Shown piece after piece: positions 28,730 through 42,182 of a DNA stretch of 64,000 bases. The translations under genes were made by a program, and so were the position numbers. Origin of the DNA: Chrysomallon squamiferum (lineage: Eukaryota; Animalia; Mollusca); contig CM022677.1 of NCBI GenBank assembly GCA_012295275.1, positions 6,200,001-6,264,000 on the forward strand. Reading direction: 5' to 3'. The notes below the pieces were generated by a model. It ran no database searches, had not been told where the DNA came from, and saw nothing but the letters and a program-made list of their open reading frames with translations. How positions within the stretch are numbered: the first letter of the stretch is position 1; every line of letters begins with the position of its first letter.

Positions 28730-31700
28730 TTTTTTTTTTTTTTTGTCATTGGTCGTTTTATTGATTTAAAAAATGCTAGAAACACCTGCAACCAAAAAGA
28801 ATAAGAACATGAATGTATTTAACTTATTTACATTTATTATGAACATTTTGAAATCCGATAATGGCTTAGTATGGTCTGAAAGTAAGTACGTATAGTTTTG
28901 TTTTTAATTATTAATTTAATTGGCTGTTAAAATTGATTCGTCAATCAGCTGATCCATCCAACCAACCAATCTGTAAGTCAATAAATTCATTCAAGTGTTG
29001 TTTTTGTGTCAAAAAAAAAAAAAAAAAAAAAAAAAAATTCAAACTTTCAACTCCAATAGTCTAAAGTTTGTGTTTTGAGTTCAGAATGTATGTTGTTACT
29101 GAAGCAAGGACTAACTCTCGGTCTTTCGTGTTTGGTGTCAAGATGTTTTGGAGCGTGAACTCAATTTTTAGTTCCTCCAATGTGTTGCATAGTGCTTGTC
29201 TTTCCTTGGCGAAATCTTGACAGTGAAACAAGTAGTGTTTCATGGTTTCGGAGAGTCCACAGCTGCAGTTGTTGTGATATTTGTATCAGATTGCATTTGA
29301 GTTTGTCAAGTAACCAATTCTGGCTATGGTGAGATTGTTGTTGTGTAGTTTGTGTGCGACTGTGATTTTGGGTGTTTTGGCGAGTGGTTTGATGTTTAAA
29401 TGCCATTTGTTTTTGGTGTTGTTTCATTCGTTTTGCCATTGTTTGTCATAATGTTTGGCTAAACAGACAGGCTGCAATGGAGATAATTTCATTTATTCCT
29501 GTAGTGTATGTCGGTGCAGATGTCTTCGTCTTTGATGCTGAGTGACTCTTTGGCATAATGGTCAGCAGTTTCATTGCTGATGATGCCAACATGTTTGCTC
29601 CCCAACTGGTTCTGGAAATTAGCTTTAGAAGATTGAGAATTTGTTTGCAGGATATTATATTAGCATATGGTATCTGAATATGGTCAAACATCAATTTAGA
29701 AATTTGAATGTTTTGGTTTGTGTTATGACGTTGTTGTCAGTGTTTAGTGTGAATTTTTTGTTGTTTGTTTTTTTTGTTGAAAAGGAGGCATATCATTTTG
29801 GAAAGAGAAATCTTTATGCCCCATTTCAACGCCCAGTCATTTATGTTGTTTATGTTTTTTATTTGTTTTGTATTTGGTTTGCCAAAAAGTGCAGTGTCTG
29901 CAAAGAGTGCTGTGTTTTTGGTTGGTGGATTTTTGTGATGTCTTGTTTGTTGAGTGCTGTGATGATGTTGTTGATGTAGATGTTTGAAGAATGTTGGATC
30001 ACGGATCCTTGTGGGATGCCGTTTTCGATTGTCATTTTCTCTGAGGTGTGACCATTTACTTTGACTGCTATGGACCTGTTGTTGATGAAGTCTTTGATAA
30101 ACTTGAACATGTTGCCTTTGATGTTGTTGTTGGTTAATTTGATGAGCAGTCCTTCCCTCCATACCATGTCAAAGGCTTTTTCAATGTCTAGGAATACTGT
30201 GATGACTTTTTTTGATTTCCTAAAAGATTGGTTGATTATTGTTTGCAGACAGGTGATTTGGTTGTTTGTGCTGTGTTTCTTGTGAAGCTGCTTTGATATT
30301 TGCTGATTAAATTGTTGTTGCTTAGATGCTGGCTCAGGCTGTGTTGATCATCGTTTCCAGTGTTTTGCACATGCGTGACGTCAGTGTGATCGGTCTGTAG
30401 CTGTTGGGTAGTGAGTGATCTTTGTGTGGTTTGGACAAACTGAAACATTCGGCGTGTTTCCAGTTTGTTGGAATCTTGCCTGTGGTCGATATTGTGTTGT
30501 AGAGGTCGAGTATGATTAGCAGTGTTTTGTCTAGGAGGTGTTGTAGTATTGTGTAGCTTATTTTATCTGGCCTCGTGGCTGTACTTTTCTTGTTTTTGAG
30601 TGCATGTTTTAATTCACTGATATTGAAGAGTTGATTGTATTTCATGTGTTCTGTGTCTGCGGAATGTTTGTTGATTGTTGGGTTGTCTAATGGTTTCTTT
30701 GTGAATTTGAGTTGGAAGTTCGAATTGCTGCTGGACTTGGCTAAAGTTTCGCTGAGTAGGTCTGCTTCTTGTTTGTCTGTGGATGTGATGTTGTTTTTGC
30801 CGAGAGTGTTGATTCGGTGGGGAATTTTGCCTTAGATTTTTTTCACTTTGGCCCACATGTCTTTGACTGATGTTTTGAGGTCGATGTTGTTGCAAAAGAG
30901 TTCCCAGTGTTCTTGTTTTGCGCTGAGAATTAGGTTGGAAACTTCTTTTTTTGCTATTTTGTATTTTTCGTCTGTGGAATGATTTCTGTCTTTTTTGTAT
31001 TGTCGTCTGAACTTGTTTGTTTCTTTGCATTTCTATTCTATGCGTTCTGTCCACCAGGGAGTGGATATTTTGCTGATGCATTGTCTGGTTTTGGGTATGA
31101 ATCTGTTTGCAGTGGAGTGTATCGTGTTGGTGAGTGTTGTGCAGTAGGTGTCAATGTGGTTGGGGTTCTGTATGGTGATGTTTCTGCATGCTTTGTAGAA
31201 GACTTCCCAGTCCGGTTTCTTGAAGTTCCATTCGGATGTGAAATCGGATCTTGCTGTTGTAGTTGGTGAGTATTTGGTGATGGTTGCTGTTTAGTTCATT
31301 GAGCACTTGCCATTCACAGAGCACTGTGATGTCCTTACTTTGTGAATGTTAGCGCACTGGCGGATTGGCCACCATTGATGTTGCTGATGTATATGAATGT
31401 TCCGTCATTCAGACAGACCAGCTGGTTTTGCTCTATGAAATTTACGAGGACGATTCCAGGACTGTCGTCTGTCAAGCCACCCCATAAGATGTTGTGACAG
31501 TTGAAATCACCCACTATAAAGAGCTTGTTGTTTGTTGTTATCATTTTGTATAAGTCGTGTGTTTGCATGGTGTGTAGTGTGGGAGTGGGTGGGCTGTACA
31601 TGTTAATTATGTCGATGTTTTGATTGTTGTTTGTTGTGATGCTTAGTATTTTGATGTTGTTGTGGACTTTGGCTTGGTTCAGCTTGGTGTGTGGAATGTT

Positions 31701-32630
31701 TTGTTTGATGGGTGTCATGATGCCTCCCCGGGTGCTGTTGTAGCTGTTGACGTAATGACTTTGATACCCGGGGATGTTAAAGGTTTTTTGTTGTTTTGTT
31801 GTTTTGTTGTAATGTATGCAGTTACATCTCTGTGGTCTGCTGAGTGGAGGTGTTTAGCGTTCCACTCCACTGAAGAGTTTGTCTCTGTGGCCTGCTGAAT
31901 GGAGAGGTATGTGTTATTGTGTCTTGTTGTTCCACTGAAGAGTGGAGAGGTCTGTGTTATTGTGAGTTTGTTGTGAAGAGTGTGTGTGTTGTTGTTACTT
32001 GTTGTGAAGAGTGTTTCTTTGTTCATTGTGTGCTTTTGTGTTTGTGGGAGAGGTCTGTGTTATTTGTGTGTTGTTTGAAGATTTTGTCATGTTATAGAGC
32101 TTCTTGAAGAGTGGAGAGTCTGTGTTGTCTTGTGATTATTGTGAAGAGTGGAGTGATGTTTGTTGGTTGTTTCTGGTTTTTTGTTTGAAGAGTGGGAGGC
32201 AGACAATAATTTTGTGTATTTCTGAAATTCTAACCTCATTGTCCAGATTGTCTTTTGTTTGTTGTTGTGGATGGTCTGTGTTTTTCAATGATGGTTTTGT
32301 TTTTGTTGGCCTGTTTTTTGGCTTTTTGTTAAGTTTGTGTAAATTTTGTTTTCTCTTTATTTTGTTCACTGTTGTTTTATTTGATGGGATTTATCTTGTA
32401 GTGGGATGAATTGTGGATCTTGGCATTTTGTCGCACTTTGTTTATTGTTCCAAATCCATATGTATCTTTTCTGTTTGTTTCTATTTATAATTTCCACAAC
32501 AGAAACTCTCATCATAAACCATTTCGGGTTGTGTCTGTGGTTGCTCTGGTTTTAAGATCTGCCTCCATTTCTCTCTCTGTCTGCTCTCTGGGCAACTCTC
32601 CTCTCTTTCTCTCTCTCGGATCTCATTACC
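28730..32630 (-). mobile_element. Near-full-length degenerate LINE of the same family as 1-2805 (ORF1 remnant, APE endonuclease, RT, partly deleted RNase H, 3' UTR, poly(A))
   Basis: APE motifs IINMYSPP and FIVGDFNCHNILWGG..CLNDG (31335-31718). RT fragments at 29860-30645 closely match copy 1. C-terminal MKHYLFHC..LNSKHKL at 29061-29243. AATAAA (28757-28762) is followed by poly(A) (28730-28744) on the minus strand. The 5' boundary is approximate. Confidence 0.92.
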
Positions 32631-32649
32631 CATCAATGAAATGGTGATA

Positions 32650-33430
32650 CCTTGTGTTTTTTAATGTTCATTTTCAGAATGAAAGCTTGGATTTTTTAAA
32701 TGAATATATATATTCTAATTGTTGAAAAGAAAAAATGCAGATTGTTCATCTTTATTACTCTCACTCAACAAACTTACTCTTTTTTTTCTTTTGGAAAAAG
32801 AAATACTACTACTACTACTACTACTACTAATAATAATAATAATAGTCCTAATTAGTGAAAATTTGTTTCTTTAAACTTAAGTAATATTAAGAAAGAATCA
32901 AAAAAGAAAGAAGTTTTGGTTGTTGTTGTTTAAAAAAAGAAAAATGGGTTGTTTTTTTTTTTTTTTTTTTTTTTGTGATTGAAAAAACAAATACTGAAAA
33001 TAAATAAATACAAATTTAAAATTGATTAAATTCTTTCAGTGCTATAAAAAGGAAGAAGAAAAAAGAAGCTTATTTGTATTTCTGTTGTTTATGAAAATGA
33101 AAATTAATATAAATATAAAAATTTAATTGATCTTATTTCCATTATTGAGCATTCTGTAGTGTGTCTTCATCTGTGTTGGTGTTGTATAATATTAATAAAT
33201 GAATAGTTCTTATTGAACCGTCTGATTTTATTATTTAAATTTTTTGTAGCAGACGTAAAGTGTCATGTGAGTTGAAAACAGGTCTCGATTATGTCATTAG
33301 TTTTACTATCAACAAAATCTACCATGTATAAACAAAACATTCTGAGATGAAGCGATATAAAGACACTAACTTCATCCTTCAGCAAGCATCATAATATTAT
33401 TTTAGATGTCATAATATGCAACAGTTTTGG
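32650..33430 (+). repeat. Left arm of ~800-bp diverged inverted repeat (pairs with 41358-42182)
   Basis: For example, tgtagcagacgtaaa..tcatgtgagttgaaaacaggtctcgatta and ctaacttcatccttcagcaagcat are reverse complements of 41380-41545. Confidence 0.88.
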
Positions 33431-35151
33431 GAGCCAGAAAATAACAAATGATCCCAAATAAATCTTTCTTTACAAAACGATTTAAATCAAGACTGATTAA
33501 AAACAAATTACCAGATAATTTTCATCTTTTTTGTGCAGCACGTGTGTGTGTGTGTGTTTGCTATCTTCTGTCTTCTTGTTTCTTCTTGTTTTTTCTTATT
33601 CCTGGGTTTATTTATATTTGTTTTAATTTTTGTGTTTTCTTTAAAGTTATTTGATTGTTTATTTTTTTAACCTATTTACAATGATTAATGTTTCTTGCTT
33701 TTTTTTACATTGTAATTTCTTCAAAATCTTCTTTTTTTCCTTGTGTGTTCCTCTTGTCTATATCTTTTTTTAGTTATTTTATTGATAGCAAGATTACTTA
33801 CTATTCTTAGTCTCCCAGTTTCTGTTCATAGTTCTTACTCTTCTTTCTTTTTGTTTCTTCATATTTTAAAGTCTTCATTTTTATTTTAATGATTTTTATG
33901 TTAATTTTCTTCTTCATTCTTTTTATTTCTTATTATTGTGTGTATGTATGTCTGTACTATTATTATAATTTGTTGTATTTATGTTTGCAACCATGATTTC
34001 TCTTAATTTCATGGTCTGCCCTCTGTTTAAAAAATATTCAGGTAAATCTGTCTGTAAATATGTCTTAGTCTATCTATCTGTTTCTCTTTCTGTCTGCCTC
34101 TCTATTTATTTATTTTATTTCTATCTCTCTCTGCTTTTCTGTTTGTATAACTGTCCTATAAAATGTTCAGATAAATATGTTTGTCTTTCTGAGAATCTGT
34201 CTATATACGTATGTCTCTACTTGCTATATACTTATCTGTTTGTCTGTGTGTATTTCTTTCTGAGAATCAGTCTATATACCTATGTCTGTACTTACTATAC
34301 ACTTATCTGTTTGTCCTTCTGTATGTCAGTTTGTGTCTTTATATCATTTCTTATTTCTTTCTAATTAGCAAGTTTCTTTTTTCTTTCTTTATGATTTTTA
34401 ACAATTATTGTCAAAGTTGTAATATTTTTTGAAGTATAACAAAATCTTATATAGTATTATAAAGTATTATATAATCTTTCTGTAGTTCTCTTTTGATAAT
34501 TCTGAATATAAATAGTTTAAGAATCAGTTATTTAAGTAATTCTAAATTGATTTATAGTTTTATTTTATAAAAATGCTCTTAAAACAAGTTTTAGTAGACA
34601 GTTGATTATTTTTATTTTATTTATTTTTACTTATTTATAAATCTCTCTATCTATCTTCTGTGTATGCATGTATCTAATGTATGCATGTATCTATCCATCA
34701 TTTATTTATATAGTTATTTATTTCTTATAATTATTAATGTATTTAAAATATAATCATACTGAATTACATAATATTGGATATATAATATTATTAATGTTTT
34801 TATTATTTTATTAAATATTACAACCTACTGAATAATTTAGTATTCTATATTTTCATTAATTATTAACACCTTTATTTTTGTTTTTTTATTTATGTTTTAG
34901 CTAGGTTTAGAATTTATCTTGGAACCCAGGCTTTATGAGCTGTGTGTTTGGCAATGTGTTCTAACACAACAGTGATCTTCCTTAGCCTTACCACCAACAA
35001 AACAGACACTGAGAGTGCTGTGAGTAATCTTAATTATAACTTATAAAATCTTTTATAATAACAATAATAACAATAATAATAATAGCAATAATAATAATAG
35101 TAATAATAATAGTAATAACAATAATAATAATAGCAATAATAATAATAATAG

Positions 35152-35185
<34 letters not shown>

Positions 35186-35449
35186 TATAATAATACCCAA
35201 TAACAAGAAATTATTTTTATATTTATATATGTATAACTGTGAAAAACAAATTCTTATTTTCTCTTCTTCTTCTTCTTATTATTATTATTGTTGTTGTCAT
35301 TATTATAATTATCGTTATTGTTATTGTTATTATTAGTAGCAGTATACATAATTCTCCAGTAGTATCAATTAGCTACTAATATTGCTACTTCTGTTCCTAC
35401 GACTGTTATTATATTACTGAAAAAACTAGTAACAGTGACAAAGATAGAA

Positions 35450-35483
<34 letters not shown>

Positions 35484-35764
35484 ATGAGTGCGTGAGTATC
35501 AGCAGTAGTGATTATTGCTACTACTCAGATAGTAGTGTGTGTGTGTGTGTGTGCGTGTGTGTGTTAAGAAATATAATGAATTATTTTTATAGTTTTCAGT
35601 AAAAAAAGTGCACATTTTTATAAAATTAAATTTGATTTTAATACAAAATTATTAGCACCAGAAACATCAGCAGCAGCATGTAATGTGGTGATGATAGTAG
35701 AAACTATGATGTTGTAATAGGAGCATCAGCATCAGCAGTTGTAATAAATAAATAAGTAAATAGT

Positions 35765-35826
35765 CTAAACCTAACCCTTTCCCTAGTCCTAACCCTAACA
35801 CTAATCCTAATCCTAACTCTAACCTG
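35765..35826 (-). repeat. Degenerate interstitial (TTAGGG)n-like tract
   Basis: ctaaacctaaccc..cctaaccctaacactaatcctaatcctaactctaacc. Confidence 0.55.
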
Positions 35827-36314
35827 AGCTAATCTAATGGTAAAAGTAAGAAGACAAAAAATGAATACTAAATAAAAGGGTTTATTATTGTTAATGTTGT
35901 TGTTGTGTTGTTTTCTTTTTAAATTATTTATACAAACTTAATTAATTTTAAGGTCTCACTGTCAAGAAGTCAGGGGAGAAAATTGAATCATCTTGTAATT
36001 GTCTCCCTTCGGTTGCAGACAGCTTCCTGATTAAACTGACTGCAATTGGAGGACATCCTGGTAAACAGTTATAGTTGATTTTTATTTTTAACATTTATAT
36101 GGTTCATACTTATTGAAATCTGTCATATCATTTATTTATTTGTTTATCTTCCTCTAGGAATTCTGGGTAATATGATGTGCTGTCCAGCCATTCTCACAGA
36201 TAAAGGAAACAGTCAACTTCTGACACTGCAGCCATGTTGAAAGGTCATGGTGAGTGATTATATAGTATGTAGTAGTGTAGTAATAACAGTTCACAGCTAT
36301 CTGTCTATCTTTCT

Positions 36315-37661
36315 ATGTATCTGTCTTTATAATAATAAACATCAATTCTCTATGTATTTATCTGTAATAATAAACATCACATTCTCTGTGTATCTGTAAT
36401 AATAAACATCACATTCTCTATGTATTTATCTGTAATAATAAACATCACATTCTCTATGTATTTATCTGTAATAATAAACATCACATTCTCTATGTATTTA
36501 TCTGTAATAATAAACATCACATTCTCTATGTATCTATCTGTAATAATAAACATCACATTCTCTATCTATCTGTAATAATAAACATCACATTCTCTATGTA
36601 TTTATCTGTAATAATAAACATCACATTCTCTATGTATCTATCTGTAATAATAAACATCACATTCTCTATCTATCTGTAATAATAAACATCACATTCTCTA
36701 TGTATTTATCTGTAATAATAAACATCACATTCTCTATGTATTTATCTGTAATAATAAATATCACATTCTCTATCTATCTGTAATAATAAACATCACATTC
36801 TCTGTGTATCTGTAATAATAAACATCACATTCTCTGTGTATCTATCTGTAATAATAAACATCACATTCTCTATGTATCTGTAATAATAAACATCACATTC
36901 TCTATCTGTAATAATAAACATCACATTCTCTGTGTTTCTATCTGTAACAATAAACATCACATTCTCTATGTATTTATCTGTAATAATAAACATCACATTC
37001 TCTATGTATTTATCTGTAATAATAAATATCACATTCTCTATCTATCTGTAATAATAAACATCACATTCTCTGTGTATCTGTAATAATAAATATCACATTC
37101 TCTGTGTATCTATCTGTAATAATAAACATCACATTCTCTGTGTATCTGTAATAATAAACATCACATTCTCTGTGTATCTGTAATAATAAATATCACATTC
37201 TCTGTGTTTCTATCTGTAACAATAAACATCACATTCTCTATGTATCTATCTGTAATAATAAACATCAATTCTCTATGTATTTATCTGTAATAATAAACAT
37301 CAATTCTCTATGTATCTATCTGTAATAATAAACATCACATTCTCTATGTATCTATCTGTAATAATAAACATCACATTCTCTATATATTTATCTGTAATAA
37401 TAAATATCACATTCTCTGTGTTTCTATCTGTAACAATAAATATCACATTCTCTATGTATCTATCTGTAATAATAAACATCAATTCTCTATGTATTTATCT
37501 GTAATAATAAACATCACATTCTCTATCTATCCGTAATAATAAACATCACATTCTCTATATATTTATCTGTAATAATAAACATCACATTCTCTATATATTT
37601 ATCTGTAATAATAAACATCACATTCTCTATGTATTTATCTGTAATAATAAACATCACATTC
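36315..37661. repeat. Intronic minisatellite, 28/32/36-bp units, roughly 38 copies
   Basis: Unit tatctgtaataataaacatcacattctctatgtatt, with length variants in 4-bp steps. Confidence 0.97.
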
Positions 37662-37718
37662 TGCTTATTTATGAATATGTATGTCTGGTTGTCTCTCTCA
37701 CTCTATGTTCATCTCCAA

Positions 37719-37788
<70 letters not shown>

Positions 37789-38785
37789 ATAATAATATAG
37801 ATGAGAACAGAAAATGATCAAAGTATATCAACTTTTACATTAATTTCTAAAACTTTCCTTTCTTTTTAATGTAAAGAACAATATATTTCTTCTCACGTGT
37901 AAACAGTTGTTAAAATCACACTTTCACTGCAGCTAGCTGATCATCGTGCAAGGGCTGTGTATACATTCAACCTGTCTGGCAATGCAAGGGCTGTGTATGC
38001 ATTCAACCTGTCTGGCAATGCAAGTCTGTCTGTTTGTCTACATCATCAACCTATCTATCTACCCAATATCTACCAGTCTCTAAATACTTTTACTTCCTAA
38101 ATAAATATACCTATGTACCTCTGTATTCTTTTGTTTTATATATGTCTGTCTTTCTAACATGCTGTCTGTCTTTATATGACTATCTATGTGTATGTGTGTC
38201 TAATCATATAATCTGTAAATATCTGTTTCGGCAATTTTTTCTGTAAATATTTCTCCTAACTGTAACATTGTTATTTAACACTAACAATGATTATTAAGAA
38301 TAATTAAAAAAATGTGTTTATTGTTATCTAAGATATTTGGACAACCAGTCATAGTGTCAAGAATTAACATAAAAGTTATTGATGTTAAAATTACAGAACT
38401 GGAGGCAAAAGTCAGGTATAGTGATGATGTCATTGTCTTTTTTCTTCTCTCTCTCTAATTTTCTCCTAGCCTCTGTGATTCTCTCTAGCACTTTCTTTCT
38501 TTTTTTCACTGTCTTTCCCTGATCATCATGTGTATATGCATAATTATAATACCTAGGTTTAAACAAAGTAGTTGGTTTTCACCTTGATGCTCATGGAAAG
38601 AAATAAAAAATTAAATAATAAAAACAAAATTAAAACTTAAAACAAATATTCTTTCATTTGTAATTATATGTATTGGTATCATGTGCTTTCATATGTCAGT
38701 TCTTTTGGTGAAATGGACAGGAATTAAAACTTATCTTTAAATAACTGTCAGATTTCTGATAACCATTGTTTTTACAAACTATAAA

Positions 38786-38852
38786 AATGAATGAATGAAT
38801 GTTTAAGGACACCCCAGCATGAAAAATATATCAGCTACTGGGTGACAAACAA
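38786..38852 (-). mobile_element. Short retroposon 3'-tail fragment
   Basis: (aatg)n tail adjoining tttaaggacaccccagca..tactgggtgac, which can form a stem-loop. This resembles an antisense LINE/SINE 3' end. Confidence 0.35.
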
Positions 38853-41357
38853 TACAAACTAAACAAACCAATACCTAATTACATTAATATTAAATACTGA
38901 AATGTTTTTCTCAGACAAGAAGTGGAGAAGAGGATGAAAGTGAGACAAGCTGAAGATTCAGCTCATCATGAGCTAATTCTGCAGAACACAGAGGAGTCAT
39001 GGAAACGTCATGCTTACAGATTAGCTCACCCTGTGTATACTGAAGTAGAATTTGGTGACAGTGATTGTGTAGCTTATCTGATGAAAGAAAATTGTTTTCA
39101 ATTACAGTTTTATTAGTTACATTCTGAGAGAATACTATTTTTTCTGTTTTCCAGTTTGTATGAGGATAAATAATACTATTAATAATATTTTGTATTTTCA
39201 GACATATTTTCTTTTATCCCACTTCTCTGATAATAAAGTGGTATTGTTACTAATATATCCAGTTTTTCTCTGATTATAGAGGTTAAGTTTTCTATGCCTG
39301 TCAGTATTTTCTGATGTAGATAATGTCAATTCCACTTCATAGAAAATGATTAAAAAAATTTGTGTAGAAAATGTTCCGATACAAAGAATGATAACAGATC
39401 TAATACAGACATGATGCAGAAAATGATGATTATCATCCACTTCATCTGATGATAGTTTCAGTTATTGCTACTCTATCCAGTATTCTGATGTAGAAAGTAA
39501 TTTTTTTTACCATCTTGTCATATGATTTTTTTAATTCAGCATTTTATTATACACAGAATAACATGATAAAATATTCTGTTAATTCACACACACTGATACT
39601 AATATTTATGTAATGTACATGGACCAAAGTTTATTTCTATAAGATTTTTGTTTTCTTTATCTTTGTTGTTTTCATAAGAAGTGTTTTTGATAATATAAGT
39701 TATTATTTATTACATTTATGTTCTGCACTGTATGTATGGGGATACTGTATGTGTTTGTCATTTTGTATGTTGGTATGTCTACATGTGTGTGTGTGTGTAT
39801 GTATGTCATTTTGTATGTAGTCATGTCTGTGTGTATGTGTTGGTTTTGCCTAAGTGCATGTGCGAGTGTGAATTTCTGTGTGAATATTGTAATGTTTGTA
39901 TATGTGTTATTTTCAGTGTTTGTTTTGTGTCTTGTATGTGTTTGTACTTTAGTGCATGCATTTATGTGCCTGCATATATCTGCATAAATTAGAAAATAAA
40001 CTCAGCAAATAAAGCATCGAATCAATTTATTTAGCAGACTTTAAAAATAAAACCCAAGTGTCTAGATTAATTTTTAATACTAGATTCTGTTAAATAATTT
40101 AATTAATTATCCAGTGTAATAATTTAAAACAGGTAAAACAGTTAAATTATATTTTCTTTTTACATTGTTTTTGTTATTTGTTTATAATGCACATGTAATT
40201 TGACAGTATGTTTTTTTTATAGGCATTTTTAATTGATTAATTGTTATATTTGTTACAAATTTTCTGTTGAATTTGATTTTTTAATTCACTGTTACTGTTT
40301 CTTGGTAAATAAAAAAGAGATATAAAATTGTTTTCAGGGTGTTTATTATTATTGATTTTGTTTTGGGAAATTGTATTTGCTTTCTTTCATTATTTCATAT
40401 GGTTTAACAATTTAAAATTAATTTGCAGGTTTATCAAAAGAGAGTTATTTCCCTTATGTTATGAAAAGTTATTATCCATGGTCAGTTGCTCCTAATAATA
40501 ATAATAATAATAATAATAATGATAATAATTACTTACATTGATTATAACAAACTAACAAACAAATGAATAATAAAATATTATGAGTTTTTATTTCATTTAT
40601 TTATTCTTCAATAAGTGATGCTGAAGATGCATAAAACATAAGAAATATGGAAATGGAGGTCGTACCCACCACGCTCTCCGATTTTCTTGTCTCAATGTAA
40701 ATCATATTTCTGAACTAGAACTAACTCGAAATAACATTTTAGAAAAGTCATGTTTAGTCATTTATTCTCAAATTATCAGAAGCACAGTTTAAAATCAACG
40801 AAAGTAACTTAATATTTGATTAATTACATTAATAACTCTCAAGATAATTTGTTAATATTAATACTGCTCCATATTTTTAATTATGCTTTCCGCTTCCGTA
40901 AAACATATCTGCATAACTATTAGAAAAGGAAAATTTTAAAGAAATCTAAATGTTTACATAGTGTAGAAATTCCTTTTTGAGTGCAATAATACAATATAGC
41001 AACACTGTCTTACGTTGTTTTGTTATTTTATTATGCGGGCAATATCTTAGTGGAATAAACTTAATAAAATACACTTTTTTCTCTGTTACTAATAAATAAA
41101 AGAAAATTACCGATATTATGTTTCAAATTATTGGCAGAAACTTTTGCGAGATCGTGATGAAGTAAGCCGATGTATTCATAACAATTTTTTTTTTTAATGT
41201 ATCCTTTATAAACACTAGTGGTGTCGGTATCATAAGCTTTTTACAGGAAAACGTGATAATTAATTACGTTGATATTTAAATTTAATTCTACTTGGGGAGC
41301 TATGAGTGCAACTCAAAACAATGAAAATGTTTTGTTGCATTTTTTAAATAATTTTTT

Positions 41358-41923
41358 ACCGAAACTGCCGCATATTATCTAAAATAATATTATGCTTGCT
41401 GAAGGATGAAGTTAGTTTCATTTTTACAACATCTTCGTCTCAGAATTTTTTTTTTAATTCGTGGTAGAGTTTTGATAGTGTAAAACTAATGAAGTAATCG
41501 AGACCTGTTTTCAACTCGCACATGAGTTTACGTCTGCTACAAAAGCTGACGGTATGATAACAACTATTTATTAATATTATGCGTAACTGAAAACAGACGA
41601 AGAAACACAACAGAACGCTCAATAATTGAAATAGGCTGTCTTAAATTCTAATATTGATATCAATTTTCATTTTCATAAATAAGCTTATTATTATTTTTCT
41701 TTAGCACTGCATCATTTAATGATTTTTAATTTTTATTTATTTATTTATCGTCAGTAATTTGCTTTTTCAATCCACACAGAACTGTTTTTCTATCATTAAC
41801 TGAAGCAGTAAGTTACACTACTTTTACAATGAAAAGAAAAAATACTTTTTGTTCTTTTTTGATTAAGATTTTCCTTAAAAGAGTGAGTGAGAGAGAAATA
41901 GGTTTGTTGAATGAGGGTATTAA

Positions 41924-41957
<34 letters not shown>

Positions 41958-42182
41958 TATTTGCATTTTTACGAAAAACAGTAAAAATGCAAATATATAA
42001 AATTTTGCTGTAAAATGATAAGTTTATAAAATATGAATAATAAATATAAAAATTAACTCAGAATAGTCTGCGTTTTTCATTATCAACATGGAATATATTT
42101 ATATATCCATTTCAAAAATCCAGTTTCTTTCACAATAAACAGCGAAATCATATGACGTACAATGAACATTAAAAAAACAAGA
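41358..42182 (-). repeat. Right arm of ~800-bp inverted repeat (pairs with 32650-33430)
   Basis: Collinear reverse-complement matches along its length, including aatgaacattaaaaaaacaag versus cttgtgttttttaatgttcatt. Confidence 0.88.

Larger units (their letters stand above)
34010..39116 (+). pseudogene. LRR gene copy A: internally deleted, retaining the 3' exons
   Basis: Remnant exons end at 34041 and at ~34905-35019 (paralogous to 54316-54435). Further exons are 35953-36060, 36158-36249 (one in-frame TGA), 37933-38019, 38333-38415 and 38915-39116. The last three splice in frame: LADHRARAVYTFNLSGN..IFGQPVIVSRINIKVIDVKITELEAKVRQEVEKRMKVRQAEDSAHHELILQNTEESWKRHAYRLAHPVYTEVEFGDSDCVAYLMKENCFQLQFY*. 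Confidence 0.72.

Noticed and set aside
36793-37504. Repetitive ORFs (MFIITDRYIENV)n
   Set aside because: Incidental translation of an intronic minisatellite whose 32-bp variants break the frame.
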